Origin: Bugula neritina
Lineage: Eukaryota > Animalia > Bryozoa
Length of the DNA: 64,000 nucleotides
NCBI GenBank assembly: GCA_964035545.1
Contig: OZ037766.1
Coordinates: forward strand, 2,976,001 to 3,040,000
Reading direction: 5' to 3'
The translations under genes were made by a program, and so were the position numbers. Below the pieces are notes generated by a model. That model had not been told where the DNA came from and made no database searches. It was given only the letters and a program-made list of their open reading frames with translations. Below, in pieces: positions 14,601 through 28,800 of the stretch. Numbering within the stretch: the first letter of the stretch is position 1; each line of letters opens with the position of its first letter.

Positions 14601-17600
14601 TAGATTATTTTACGTACAAAAAGTGCAAAATTTGACATTTTCCGGTCTAAGTAACACAGCAAGTGACAAAAAGATTTTTCAGTGTGAAAACAACACTTAA
14701 TACTCTCATTGACTAACACAAACTCTCTGTTTACTCATTTATAAAAGAAACTTCATAGTCTGAAAACATACTTGGGTAGCACCGCCAGCAAATTCTCAAT
14801 TGTCTCCCATGTTAGGTTGGTAAAGTTTAGAACCAATTTCCTTAATCTCTCATACTTTCTAAGGCCACACGACGCTGTGAGCTGTCGCAAGGGGTTCTTG
14901 GTAAGATTCAAAAACTCCAACTTGGGGATCAGGTCTAGAATGTTCCACACCTGACAAACCAATCAACACCTGTTTTACAACCACTCAGCAAATCAACAAC
15001 TTACTTACAATTTACAAACCAATCAGCTGCGACAAGAGAATTAACGAACAGGAAGTGTGTGATGCAGACTATCAACTTACTTCTTCCCAACTTTCAATAC
15101 GATTCTGTGCTAGGTCTAACTCTTTCACATCACAGCACAGTCTAGCCACGTCATCTCTCAGTCCCGCTGACGTGATTTGGCACATGTCCAGAGTCAGGTT
15201 CTCAGGAACTCGGAAGTTGCCGGAAGCTGAATACCAGAAACAAGCATATAAGATGACTCATGAAGTAAACAGGGAGAACGACTCCAAAAACTAGTAAGTA
15301 GCAAAATTAATACATCAAACTGCATCCTGTCCCAAAGTTTTGTAGATTATCAGCAGCAGAACTAATGACAAGTTTTACTGAGCTTAATCTTAGTGCTAGT
15401 ATTTACTTAAGTGCATGATGCATGTCTGCGCCATTATGCTAGCTAAACATGACTGGGCAAAATTAGAATTATCTTCTCATTTTTAACCATTAGTCTCATT
15501 TTCGACCCTACTTTGAGCTTTTCAGAAAACATTCAACAGAATAGAGCCTGCATAGTGCATTACCTTAATTCACCTGCAGCCTACTGCAAGCCCACAGCAA
15601 TGACCTGTAGAGCAGATCTGATGGACTTATAGTTAATTAGCAGTGAAGTGCTTAAACTACCTGCATTAGTATGCTTAACTAGCTTCATTATAACTCTACA
15701 TAAACTATGCACTAGCAGCTCTAATGTCCAAGGGCATTGCCCTGCAACATTCAACTAGTAATACACCAACAGCTACACTAAGAGTAATGACCTGTTTTGC
15801 CAGGAGCGTTAGAGGCCAAGAATATCTGACAATGCATACTCTTCATTGACGAGGTGCTATATTTATTGTGCAAAGCTGAAATTAGAGTCGTATCTTTGTT
15901 CTTTCTGGCTGAAGTATGGGTATCATCTGAAATATCATAAACAATGTTGTTGTCAAAGGATATGCACATTGTACAAGCATACTAATAACGTAGTAGGCGT
16001 CATGTACACCATGTGTATCTACCCATATAATATATCACACACATACTGTACATAAACACCACCACACTACAAATTCCCAAACTGCCATATAATAGAACTC
16101 AGAAATAAAGATGCTGGCTGTAATGTAATGGGAGCAATCAGTGCACATAGTGAAGACAACTCTAACAGCACTATACTAACCCCTTAAACATATCAGTTGG
16201 GTAACTACTAGTCTATATACTAAAACATGTTTCTGAGTCGTATCAATGATGCTATGAATGAACAAGTATAATACGTGTATATATCCTTGGGCCAGCAAAC
16301 CTCTGATTTGACAAATAATAAAGACATCATTGTTATAACCTGGTTTTTTTCAATTAAATTATTATTAAATCTTTTACGAATAGTTGAATTACAATGAACT
16401 ATCTCTATTGACATCTCAATGATTCATGATCTAAAAACACACCTCTTTTTTCAATGAATCAGAGAGACAACTTCAAACCTTAAGGTGATGCTCAGATGCT
16501 CACTACTATAACATTTTGATTGCAGACGTTAGTATTTATATCATATAACAATACTGTTACCTGAATGATGATGATGTATATTTTGTATTTACTGTAACTG
16601 CATTAGTTCATTGATGTCAAGAAACTATTTTTAACTTTTTTTTGGACAAAACTGAAAATGATTTTGCCAGAATAAGCTAAGGAAAAACTACAGTTGCCCA
16701 AATGTATGCATAAACTAACTTCAAATCTCATATAACTGAGCATTAAACACAAAAAACTTTTATATATATGAAAATTTAACAAGGATTGAACACGCTGCAT
16801 CAAGGATGTTTGGTAAACCATCAACTTGAAATTTCAAAATGGTGAAAAACTGCAAATTCGCAAATTAAATTAGTTAACAAAATCCAACCACTCTTTAACC
16901 AAAGGTTTGCACAAAGTATATTGTGAGAGTAAAGTAAACAAAACCTTCACAGGTAGCTATAATTTGTGAGTTTACTGAGTCATGGTGACTAATTCATATT
17001 GTATTATCTTAATGTGTTAGAGGTTTATCAGCATGATGAAACCTATTATAAAAGCATAAAATAAAAACACAATGTATGAAGTTAAACAGCAGCAGTAAGA
17101 GAATAGAATCAATCGATACTTTGCACGAGGTGATCACAAGTACTCACTCACATTTGATTTCAAATAAATTGTTTCATCATGAATGATAGCTGTGGTGCTT
17201 ATACAAACAAACATGTTCAAACATGTGGTGTTTGTTTACAAGATGTATTTAAGTGTATTCAAGTGTTAATTTGAGTTTCCTAATCTCAAGTTTAATATAA
17301 GAAGCAGAAAAGAAAAGCTTTCTATTATATACAATTTTGGCTGCGTTTTATTTATGATATTGCAATCGCTTCCTTAGCATGGCGAATAAGTTAACGGTGA
17401 CAATTTTGAAAAAAAATCTAATAAGTATAAAAACAAGTCACTTATTAATATTATTCAATCTTAATTAACATTGTTTTACTTAAAACAAGCCAATTATTAC
17501 CTAAACATCGCTACAATACATTACAGTAGGCCTAAAACTACTGCAATATAGCACCTAAACAACTAGCAAGGCAAAACTCTATGAAATGCAAATATAATTT

Positions 17601-17715
17601 ACTCACCTAAAAACTCACTGCTGAAAGTATTTTCTTTATTTCGCTCATCAAGCTGACCTTGTGAGCGACTGCTTTTTACCATGCCAACAGGTTTTTTGAC
17701 TGCAGCAGCAGCCAT
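11700..17715 (-). CDS. TBCEL: Tubulin-specific chaperone cofactor E-like protein, paralogue A (LRRs + C-terminal ubiquitin-like domain)
   Basis: Exons 17715-17607, 15926-15792, 15226-15081, 14950-14772, 14335-14145, 13717-13569, 13077-12926, 12484-12345 and 12031-11700 are all in frame. LRRs (VKELDLAQNRIESWEE, LEFLNLTKNPL, LEELYLSGN), LRR cap (LNGSVISDSERDTAERVYLRHF), KHGNIDPLANVNL and a UBL tail. No CAP-Gly domain, so TBCEL rather than TBCE. The first coding exon is less certain. Confidence 0.88.
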
Positions 17716-19335
17716 TATCAATCTGGCTGACATAGATATAGAATATATATATAGTTAAACCTATCACTTTAAATTTGGACAATAATTATAATTAAGATGA
17801 CTAAAAAAGGTTCTAGATAAAAAATTATGTCTTTTATTACTATAAAAATCAAACAGCAGTATCGAAATTTGTGTTGCATTAGATTTTCAACAGAAAATTT
17901 CAGTTTCATACCAAATAGAACATGTGCATCTTATTTTTCAATCTAAAAGTGTGATCATAATGATAAGGCCAGGTACTGATGGTAACTAAACAAAACTTAA
18001 AGCAGTTCTGATTATTGTCTTTGCAAATAGCTTATAGTTGTAATATTAGTAATTACTAACCTTTGCTTTCACCTTGAGTTTGACAATCACAATGCACTTC
18101 CTTGAAGTGACTGCAAGTTACTACTCTTCTACTGTTATAAAACTCAAAGAAAATCGTTTTCAGTTCTCTTTGTAAATTTAGTTGTATGGGAGCAAAGTTC
18201 TACGCTGAATTTTTTCATTAGTCTTAAAAGCTCAATTGGAAATCCATTTTGAATAATTACTAGATGACCAACTCCTACGAATTGTCAAATGTTAACTAAT
18301 CCTGGCTATAGGTGAAGTTACTACAGATAAAACGCATTAACATTGTTCATGTAACAATCAAAATTAGCATAAAACAACATATAAGATAAAACAATTATTG
18401 CAATGTCTATAGGCATCTAAGTTGACCAATTTTCACTTAGCAAAAGTTACTTGCTGAATCGTTTGGGCTTAACTAATGTAGGCAATGATTTGGCAAACAT
18501 GCAATAGTAGTCACGTGGTAGTATTTACAAATATACTGACCTATATTCGTCGACAACTAATCATGAGTAAGATGTAATGTAAACATTACAGCGTGAGTGT
18601 TTAATTATTACATCGCTAGGCTTACAGTAAGCCAACAAGCCACATATTTTGGACTTTTGAAGCCCGTCGATATACAATTTTCACAAAAAAAATAAATTTT
18701 TAATTCAACCAACCTGCTTAAAAGCGATATTGAAATTTGAAATTTTTAGGCTTGGCTAGTTGTTGAAGTCAGACCAGCTGATCACTTTGAAAATGTGCAC
18801 TTTCGGCACATGCGTACACTGTAAGCGTGCGGAAACTACTTTAATTATTTAGCTACGTCGGTATGGCTTATACATTGTCCGAAAACTTACTGACAACACT
18901 CCGGTTATCCAAAAGGCATTTAATGCAAAGATAAATCCAAATTGTGAACTAGCCAGTTTGAGTATTGTAGGCTGTAGCATTAACAATGGTTCCACTCTAC
19001 TTCAAAATTTAATAGCAAGATTTATTTTAATTGTTCAATAAAAACAGTCGTCATAAAATCACAGCACATAAATCAACAGAATGTGCAATAAAACTTAACA
19101 TATTGCAAAAGGACAGAATTTATGAAAAATAGCAGCTTTAGTATAATGCTGAAAACAAATTTATAAAAAATAAATTATTTTAAATTTGATTTTGATATTA
19201 AACATGGGTCCGTATATGATTGCTCAAGAGCATTGATGTAGAAGTTAATAAAATACTTTGGGCATTTGTTATATTGAAAATATAAATAAAAATAATATTT
19301 AAACTTTAAAGCTTAGTTTTCACAGTCTTTATAGC

Positions 19336-22300
19336 TTATTTGAAGCAAATCAGCTTATCTCCATCCTCTAAACAAAAAGAATAGACCATACGACTCCCAG
19401 AATATGAGAATATCTGCTTCTTTGTACATCCTTTATGCTCATAAAAAAGTCTAAAATTTTTGAACCCAACTATTTGTGCCAAAGTTTTTTTCAGGTCCGC
19501 TAAAAAAAGACATAAACTGCAGTTGGTAATTGAACGTAGTGGTAAAACCAAAATTACATAAACATGGTCAATAATTGAACATAATTATTAATTGATCATG
19601 ATTTAAATTGATGAATATTTATTTTTGATAACTTAACACAATTTTTAAGCAAACGTAACTAATAATGAAACCTAATTAATAATAAAAGTTAATTAATAAC
19701 AAGAAGTAAATAAGAAATAAATACAATAGATAATTTAAAATGCTAGTTTAAAGAGTAGTACCTCAGCCAAAATTGCAAAATAAAAACTTTTGATTTGAAT
19801 ATTTTACATATAAAGCAACATTAACACACATTTCTTTTGTTCACACTGTCTAACAACTCACATATCTTTTGCTTGGTCGGAACATCTATAACTTGTGACG
19901 AGTCTCCATGCTCCACGGTTAGAGCAACTGAAAATGGCGGCTCCAGACTAATATCGGCCAGTTCTTGGAGTGGTCCATGTTTAGCTAGCAACTCTGAGTA
20001 TCTGTACATATAAATAACATAATCTAGATAAAATGTATCTCCATAGGGCTGAGAGATTTGTTAATAGCAAAATTGTTTAACAGTTGCCAACTTAAGCTGT
20101 GATTCTTAAAAATTTAAATATCAAGAAGTCTTAACTCATACATTTTTTTTAAATTCTCATTACAAAAATAGGAAATTTAGAATTTAGTGGACACATCTTT
20201 TTTGCAGTGCAAACAGTTTCATGTTGAGCAAATTGAGTAGATCTAAACTCATAACCTGATAAATAATTACATTTTCTACAAAATCTGCAACACAATGCGT
20301 TATAGATTACATAGCAAAACTCATGTATAGCAAAAAGATAAAGTTTAAAAGGTTTAGCAAACTTTTGTAAATTCTTGCTATGATTAAAAAGTATATATAT
20401 AATATATGTTAAGGTAAACAGCGGCTTGCCAATTCAACTCCTCGCAGAGCAAAGTCAGATAAAACAGTGAATCAATTTTATTAATTTTAATTTTTTAATC
20501 AATTTGATCAATTTATCCAATTTCCAAATACACACTTCACAATTTTCATATAAACACTAGCCATAATAGACAGTTTCATTTTTCTATAGTTTTCAAAATT
20601 TTCCCTCAAATGAAGCCTAACAATTTATAGCAATTTAGTCTCAAGAACTCTAATGAGGGCAGTGGCTGTTTCTCTTGTTCCAACAGCAGCCACATGCAAC
20701 AATAAGGATTCTGTATTTAACTACAAAGCTGATAAATGACTACCTCACTGGCTTCAATTCTATGTGCTCAAAATGCCGAAGATAAACTGTTTCCGCGTTC
20801 TTCAATTCTTGAGAGGCCAAAGAAGTACCATTCACCAGGTGCAGGTGTGGAAAGTGAACAGACAGCAGCTGCATTATCTTACGTCTGTCTTTTATACCCT
20901 GAAATGCCAATAAGATACTCAACTCTAAAAGTTTTATCAAGAAAAAGTATCTCAATACTGTCTGATTATTGGTCGCAGCACACTTTATTGAGGTAAGTGC
21001 AGCAATGGAGAAATTGAGAAAAACCTGTGTTCTAAATTAGAAATGTAGCATAGGAAGCTATGTTCTCGCAAGAATTTCAACCTTCGCCCCAAACCAAAAT
21101 TTAATAATAAAATTAAGGAGCTTAGGCTTTTCCAATTTCTCCCAACTGCTCCTAAATGACTTTATTAGCAAAAAATAGTTAAAAACTTTCTTTATCAGAT
21201 TTTCCATAATGTTAATATTGTTATCAGTGATTAGAGTCCAAGGTCCTACACAGTGCAAGACTAGTAAAGGGGAGAGGGTAGCATATGCACCTTAATAATG
21301 GGTATAGCAGCTAATCTGATGTCAGAGAGGGACTTGAATACTGATAGCTTATCTAGCTCATTCCATTCAGCTATTTGAGTGTTGTTCATATTGAGAACTT
21401 TCAAGTGACTCAACAATGACTCATTCTCTTCCACACTTCCTGTAACAGCCATAAATAATTCATAAATAATTTAAAATCAAAATTTGATAAAATAATTATT
21501 AAATCATAAATATATTTTCATCAATAATTTGAAATCAAAATTTAATAAAATAATTATTACATTAGTTTTAAAAGACTAATAATAAACATTCAGAAATTAG
21601 TATAATTTACCGCAAGTTGATATTTTGTTGTGTGCGAGTATCAGAGTGCGTAGTTGAGGGAAAAATTTGTCTATATCGAGAACACAACTCCAATCATCAA
21701 ACTTGTTCTCATTAAGTTGTAATAGTCTGAGTGACTCGTAAGCAGGTATATTCAGGTCAATCTTGTCGTAGGAGTTACCACTAAGGTAGAGCTCTTCCAG
21801 GCTATAAAATATACAAACAAAACTGCAAATGAAGATAAAAAATTTGGCTTTAAATATTGCTCAGAAAAATAAAATATTATACTTTGGTAAAATAGTAAAT
21901 ATTATACTTTAGTAAAATAGTAAACAGTATACTTTGGTAAGACAGTAAGCAAGTTTTGTATTGTCTCCCAGGTTAGATTAGTAAAGTTCAAAGCAAGTTT
22001 CTTGAGTGTGCTGTATCTTGCATTCGGCGCAGAGTTTAGCTGTGATAGAGGGTTTCTCGTAAGATTTAGAAATGTTAACTTGTGAAGCGAGACTAATATT
22101 AAAAAGACCTACAAACATTACACCCAATCAAAAGTTCTGATATCACAACAGAAACAGATTACAGTATAGTATTTAGAAATATAATCACAAAATTCGAACA
22201 TAATTGCTAATGCTCAGTCAGATAAAGCTAAAGAAAATAAAATTTAATAAAACAGAAACTTAAAAATCTTAATTATTTTTGGTTCAGAAAAAATATATCA

Positions 22301-22944
22301 CGAATGCATATAAAATCCATTGCTGTTTAATTAACAACTGCTGTAAAAACAAGAAGTCAAAAACTGTGGCACAGTAGAGTCTCGGAACCAAAAGCCGTAG
22401 CATCTGAAAACTAGCAGCATACCTCATCCCAGCTACTGAGCAGATTGTCAGCGAGGTCCAACTCTTCAACATCCGCAGACAACTTCCCAAGATCCTCAGG
22501 GTTTCCTGCACACGTGATGCCAAACTGTTCCATTCCCAAGCTTTTAGGTAACCTGAGTTGCCCTTCTAGAGAGAAAATACAGCTACTGGAACAAAACTCG
22601 ATGTATACATGTACCAAATACAGCTGCTAAATAAATTAATAAATAAAAATATATTAGTCGAACTGACGAACTCACACACAATTTTCTCAAAACCCAAATA
22701 CAATATGAAAACGCAAGTCAAACTTATCACAAGTTTTTCCACCAAAACACGAGTCGATTTTCCTTAAGATGAAACATTTGCTTTATAAAAACCACTAAAT
22801 TAACTAAATCTTACCAACATGGCCCGGTGCACTTGATGAAACATAAATCTGACAAAAGCTATCTTCAACGGGAGTGTCATCATCATATTTGTCATGTATG
22901 GCAGACACCAATGACTTGGAGTTGGAGCAAGTTGGTGATTCCAT
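19336..22944 (-). CDS. TBCEL: Tubulin-specific chaperone cofactor E-like protein, paralogue B
   Basis: Exons 22944-22815, 22565-22423, 22108-21933, 21801-21611, 21439-21291, 20898-20744, 20001-19862 and 19499-19336 are in frame, with the same intron positions and phases as paralogue A. Motifs VEELDLADNLLSSWDE, KHGPLQELADISL and LEDGDKLICFK*. Confidence 0.9.
20994..21154. mobile_element. MITE-like element family 1, copy in TBCEL-B intron
   Basis: Imperfect terminal inverted repeats (gcagcaatggagaaattgagaaaaacct ... aggcttttccaatttctcccaactgc). The internal sequence, including cgccccaaaccaaaatttaataataaaattaa, is shared with 26946-27112. Confidence 0.75.
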
Positions 22945-24674
22945 TTAGCCTGTCAAGTTAAATCTAAAAATGTTGGGCTAAACAAACAGGGTTGTTTCAA
23001 CCTAACGACATGATGTGAATAAGTAACACAGCATTTGCATAGTATTTCATAATTATATCATTAAATGAAATATGCATAAATAACTGATTCGAAATTAATA
23101 TGTTGAAAATAAAGTAATAACACATGCACAGACATACATTAAAAATTAAACCACCAAAATAGTATATTTTCTGCTAATATACCTACGGTAATTTTTAAAT
23201 ACTAATTTGAAATACTACTGCATGCGCATGTGCACAGGTGTACACACGAACACACAACCATACATATACTAGTCACAATAACATATATGTTATTAGTAAT
23301 TTCATATTGAGATGTAAATACGGCAGCAGAAATTTAAAAAAATACATGGCGAAAGTTTTCAACATGCACCTCAAACCATATTTTTAATGAATTAACAAAC
23401 TAAGGCTATTTTAATTTCTATGTTAATGTACTTAAATACATTCTGATATATCTCTTTAGCAATACTACTTGGACATGTAGAAACTATTGAAGAAAGCAGT
23501 TTATACTATTTAATCAAACTAAACATTTATAATTAAAATCAAAATATAATTGACTTAATAAAGTTCAACTTGGCATTACAGCCGTGATATGCAACAACGA
23601 TTTTTATACTTAATACAATTATGATATCTGGTCTTGATAAGTTCGTTTGACACTCGTATTGATATATTGATATACTAATATTAAAAATCTTTACAACAAA
23701 AACTATTTTAAAGATAAATATGAAAATGCAAAGCGTTCTTTAATATAAAGATTAAATTAAAATAATGTTAACGTTTACCAATTTAGCGAATTTAAATGAA
23801 TATCAATATGCTATATAGTTGTTCACCTGCTAATAACAATACTAACAAAAATAGTAATAATTAAGACTAATAATAATACTTAGACTAATAGTAATACTAG
23901 TATTTTCTGTTTTAACTTCGAATTATTTGTACATTTACCTTGAGCTTGTTCATTATTTAACCATGAAAGAACAGTGACACCAACAGTTTAAACCTAAATG
24001 AAGCTAAGTAAAATAACCAAATAACCAATGACATTACCATGTACTAGTAAGTATAACTATAAAATTGTGATTAACTCTATAAATATAACTATAAGTACAA
24101 CTATAAAATTATACTATAAGTATAAGAATAACATTAACTGTTACTTTATTAGTACAAGTTAAAGTATTTAGTATAACTATGGTCTATATAAGTATAACCA
24201 ATACTACAAATATAAGTATTGCACAATGATATTCATACTGAATTTAACTATCATTATGATCATGATTATCTTTATGAAATTCAAATTATCAATATGAATA
24301 AGAACATGATTATGAGTATGAGTATGACTATGGGCATCAAGTTTAACACTAACAGTAAGTGTAACAGGCAAGTTTTTACTAATGCTCTGCATGATTGCAC
24401 AGCTTAAACATGAAATCAAATGATTAAAATAAAATAAGTACAACCAATAGGCAATATGAATATCATCATGACGGCTTGAGTCATGACTCATGCTTTCTCA
24501 ATCACACCGCTGTAGGCGTAACCTTAGGGACCCCGACCAGTGGCAGTACGCGTATCACTATCAGCATGGGTATCAATAATAATATCAACATCGATTTTAT
24601 GCAACTACAAATCATGTGTTGTCCCACTGTCATGAGTAATATCATACACAGCTGTAATCAGTAATGATACTTAC

Positions 24675-24905
24675 GAACTATAGTAATAATTAGTATTAGT
24701 GCAGCTACTAGGCATTAGCTATAATTATTATTTTCTTGAGTGGAAAATCGGTATAAAGGCGTAAATATTAGCTCGCTAAAATGCATTTATATCAGTCTGT
24801 AAAACAATAGTTTAGATGGCTATGCTCGCTTAGATCATAGATATAATATTATAATATAGTCTTAGCGAAGCGGAAATGACTCTAGTGTAGATCCGTGGTG
24901 ACGGG
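24675..24905. promoter_or_regulatory. Probable bidirectional promoter between TBCEL-B and PRA1
   Basis: The genes are head to head. Minus-strand donor (TTC|gtaagt) at 24675, candidate plus-strand donor near 24905, CpG-containing core with ETS-type GCGGAAAT at about 24870. Confidence 0.45.
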
Positions 24906-25897
24906 TGGCTAATACTAATACTAATAGTAATACTAATACTAATAGTAATACTAATAGTAATAATATTAATTATAATTATAAACCTAAAGTACGTTTTGTT
25001 TAGGTATAGCAGCACTGAGTTATAAAACTTTTTTTTTAAAAACTAAGGGTTTCTATAAATTTCTAATGGTAATTTGCTAATAATGATATCAGAATTTAAT
25101 ATTACTAATAGTAATTACTTACAGTTTGAGTTAATGTTATAGTTAATGTTATTCTTACAGTTAGTGTTACTGTTAGTGTTACTGTTAGTGTTACACTTAT
25201 ACTTAATAACTTATACAGACCAACTTATACTTATAGTTATACTTATTGTATAATTTATAGAACTTTATAGTTAATGTTATACTTATACTTTAAATCACAC
25301 TAAAAAAACTTAAATTATCAACTCAGTTTGAGTTGTAAGTTAAAAATAAATAAAATACATTTTGAACTTCAAACCAAAATGTGAACATGATAAAAAAATC
25401 AATATGATAATAATTATATGAAATATTTTATACATGTGTTTAAACTATATTTCTCCTCAAGAGCAAAGTTACTTCTTGATCTTCTACAATAGCCATTGTC
25501 CATTAGGCATTAAATATCTTTGGACAGTGTTAAAGTTATAGTTGGTTGTGGCAATTTTTGTTAAAACACTATTAAATCACCATTTGATACATTTATCTGT
25601 AAGTACTAAAAATTGAATAGAGTCAATTGCTGTAAATTTAAACTTGCGAAGAGTGCAACAAATTTTTCAAGTCAAGCGAAATAAATTACTCAAGCAAACC
25701 AAGTCAAAGTTGACTTGGATCAAGGAGTTTTAGGTACTCAAGTCAGCTAGCGCTTGTGTACTCGGACCATCCTTGGGCAGAGGTTCTAAAATATATGAAT
25801 GTTTGTTTTTTTTTAATATTTCTTGTTTCAGTAATCTGTTACTATTTTTGCTTGCTGTGTTTTAGATCTGATAAGATATTAGATGATACGGTCCAAT

Positions 25898-28800
25898 ATG
25901 GGGGATGCTGACGCCAAAGTAGATCTCTCCGGTAACCTTGATGCCCCGCCTCCAGAACCTGCTGGTGGTCTGAAAACAGGGTATTAATAGCTTTTGAGTT
26001 ATCATGGATTTAGAGCAGTTTATCTCAACTCTTGGCTATGAGAAGTGTATGAGAGCAATTAATGTCTTTAATTCACTTTTAATTTGTTTCGTGAACGCAT
26101 TTTATTTTGGGCTATTGTGTCATTCTGTTTTATTCGAGTTAATCTCATGTATTAGAAACATAATTATTTTATTTGGATGATGGAATCTATAAGTCATTAC
26201 ACATAGCCTGTGTATTTATTATAATAGTAACGTGATGGGGACGTTATCCTCTCTCCCCGTAACTCCTGGAGCTGCTAAAGACTGGGTTCTTAGTAAAAGA
26301 CAAAGCGTTAGGCCATGGTCTGAGTTCTTAAATACGAACCGATTTCAAAAGCCGACTTCAGTCGCCGCTGTAGGATCTCGAGCTATAAAAAATATTGAAC
26401 ATTTCATGAGTAACTACTTATTTGTCTTCATCGGTCTGATTGTGTTTTGCATGTAAGTATTTTGGGACTTTTGCACTCTGTGATATTGAATCTAGTTGTG
26501 AAGGAATACATGTGAACTATAGTATACTCCAGTATGTTATCTAGGATATAAATAATGTAAGCAGGTGTGCAATGATGTGTGAGAAAACCATTGCCATTAA
26601 TCTATTTGCTATTGGTTGAAATGTAAACATTTAGCTACGTTGATATTTGAATAATATAGTCTTGAGCTATTTTTCCATCTTTCGTGTATCATTAAAAAGT
26701 TTAAGAGTGATTTACCTGTATAGAGATATGCACATAAAGCATTTGCAATATAAGGGAGCATAGGTAGCCCGTGCATGCATTATGTTATAAATAAATGTAC
26801 CTTACCTCTCTCCTTACTTTGTGAAGTACATTTTCCAATCTTTAGATAATGTATTAATTAGCATTAGTAGATCTCCGGTTTTGCATAAAAGTGTCAAATC
26901 ACAAAATTATTTTCTTATACTGTGTGCTATTTCGAGTAGAGGAAATAGGTGCAGTAATAGAGAAAAGCCTGTGTTCTAGATTGAAAATGTAGCAAAAGAA
27001 GTTATGTTCTTACAAGAATTTCAACCCGCGCCCCAAACCAAAATTTAATAATAAAATTAAAGACCTTGGGCTATCTCAATTTCTCCTTTTCTCCTTCTCC
27101 GCTACTGCCCCCAAGTGGTTTAGTGCTAGTCCTAGTTGTAATTATTGATGTGCTTTGTAAGATGATGTACTATCTGTACTAGTGTATTATGATTTACAGT
27201 TTAACTTCACCAGTGCTTCTCATTGTACTCGGGATTTGTGGTGGAGCAATCTATTATGTGGGCGTGAAGCATCAATCTCAACAAAAGCTTCTTTTTATGG
27301 GTAAGTGTGACACTGTTTATCCAGTGATTCATTATGATGGCTTAAAGTTACCTTCACGTGACATAACACCCACGGCAACAATCATAACAGCAACTATATG
27401 CTTAGTATATAATGGTATAGGATAATATATGATAGTATATAATAATTTAATACATGCAATTGGCTTCACTTCCACCTGCTGTGATGATGTGCTTTACTCT
27501 GTCATTATTCTTGGTGAGCTAAATGTAAGTAGCTGTAGCACAGTACAGTATATACTATAATATACTATACTATACTATACTATACTATACTATACTATAC
27601 CCTACTATATTATACTATATTATACCATACTATAGTATACTACACTATACTCTACTATACTATACTACACCATACTATATTATACTATACTATACTATAC
27701 TACACCATGCTATACCATACTATACTATACTACACCATACTATATTATACTATACTACATTAACAGGTCGTGAACTCACTCTAAGTCAGCAGTACGCAGC
27801 TATTGGATGTGCATCTGTACCTCTTCTCTGGTTATCCGGAGCTGGTGGTGCTGTTTTCTGGATCCTCGGTAAGTCTTATCAGATCTGTGAAGTGGCCTTG
27901 AACCTTGTCATTAGTTATATTTCAGCCAACAGTTTGGACATCACAAGATGAACTTTTATAAAAGTTTAAAATACTTGCCAAATATAGCATTTCTCTGTCA
28001 AATGCAGTATAGCTTGGCTTCTGAGTTACACCTTGCACCTTCGAGATTGTGACTCTATTTCTCATTATATTGCCAAACAATTTCATCAAGGTGAAATGCA
28101 CTGGCATCTTTTCTATGGTGTATCGTACCATAACTATGTTTAAGGTAGAATTTGAAGTAGCCTGCTTATTTTATAAGTTATGAAATTTATATTTTGCGAC
28201 AAATGAAGAAGTTTTAACTCAAACCTAATGCAATGGTCATGCAAGTTAGATACATACCAGTGTGCTTTAAAGCTGAATAAACCCAATTTTCTGAATTTGT
28301 CTTCTCTCTGAAAAATCTAGCTAAAGGACTTACAACTACAAATTCACAATAAACGTTTCGATATCTCAAAAATTGTTTATGTTGTAACTTCTTTGATTAG
28401 TGCTAAACAAATAATGATCAATATACAAACTTGCAATAACTAAGCACTGTGGCAATGACCTGTGCAATAATGGTACATCTTGCTTTGTTTTTCTCAACAA
28501 CTTGCTAATTCATGATTTTACTAATTTACATTATAAATTAGAAGGGCTGCTTTATCAGTAGTTTTCCATAGTTACTGCTGTGTAAAATAGGTCTTCCGTT
28601 ATTCACATTGTATGTATTTATCTTAGTTATTTAGCAAGTAAAGTTATCCAAAATTATGTCCAACAGCCTTCAAACTGCTTAAAGCACAGGCCTCTGTGCA
28701 ATACAATACAACACAATACAATACAATAAAATGAAATACAATACAGTACAACACAACACAAGCAACACAATGCAGTGACGCGTTTTTATGCTTGTTTGCA

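Noticed and set aside
11700-22944. TBCEL copies as an assembly duplication or a pseudogene
   Set aside because: Introns are unrelated, most exons are strongly diverged, and both reading frames are complete with canonical splice sites.
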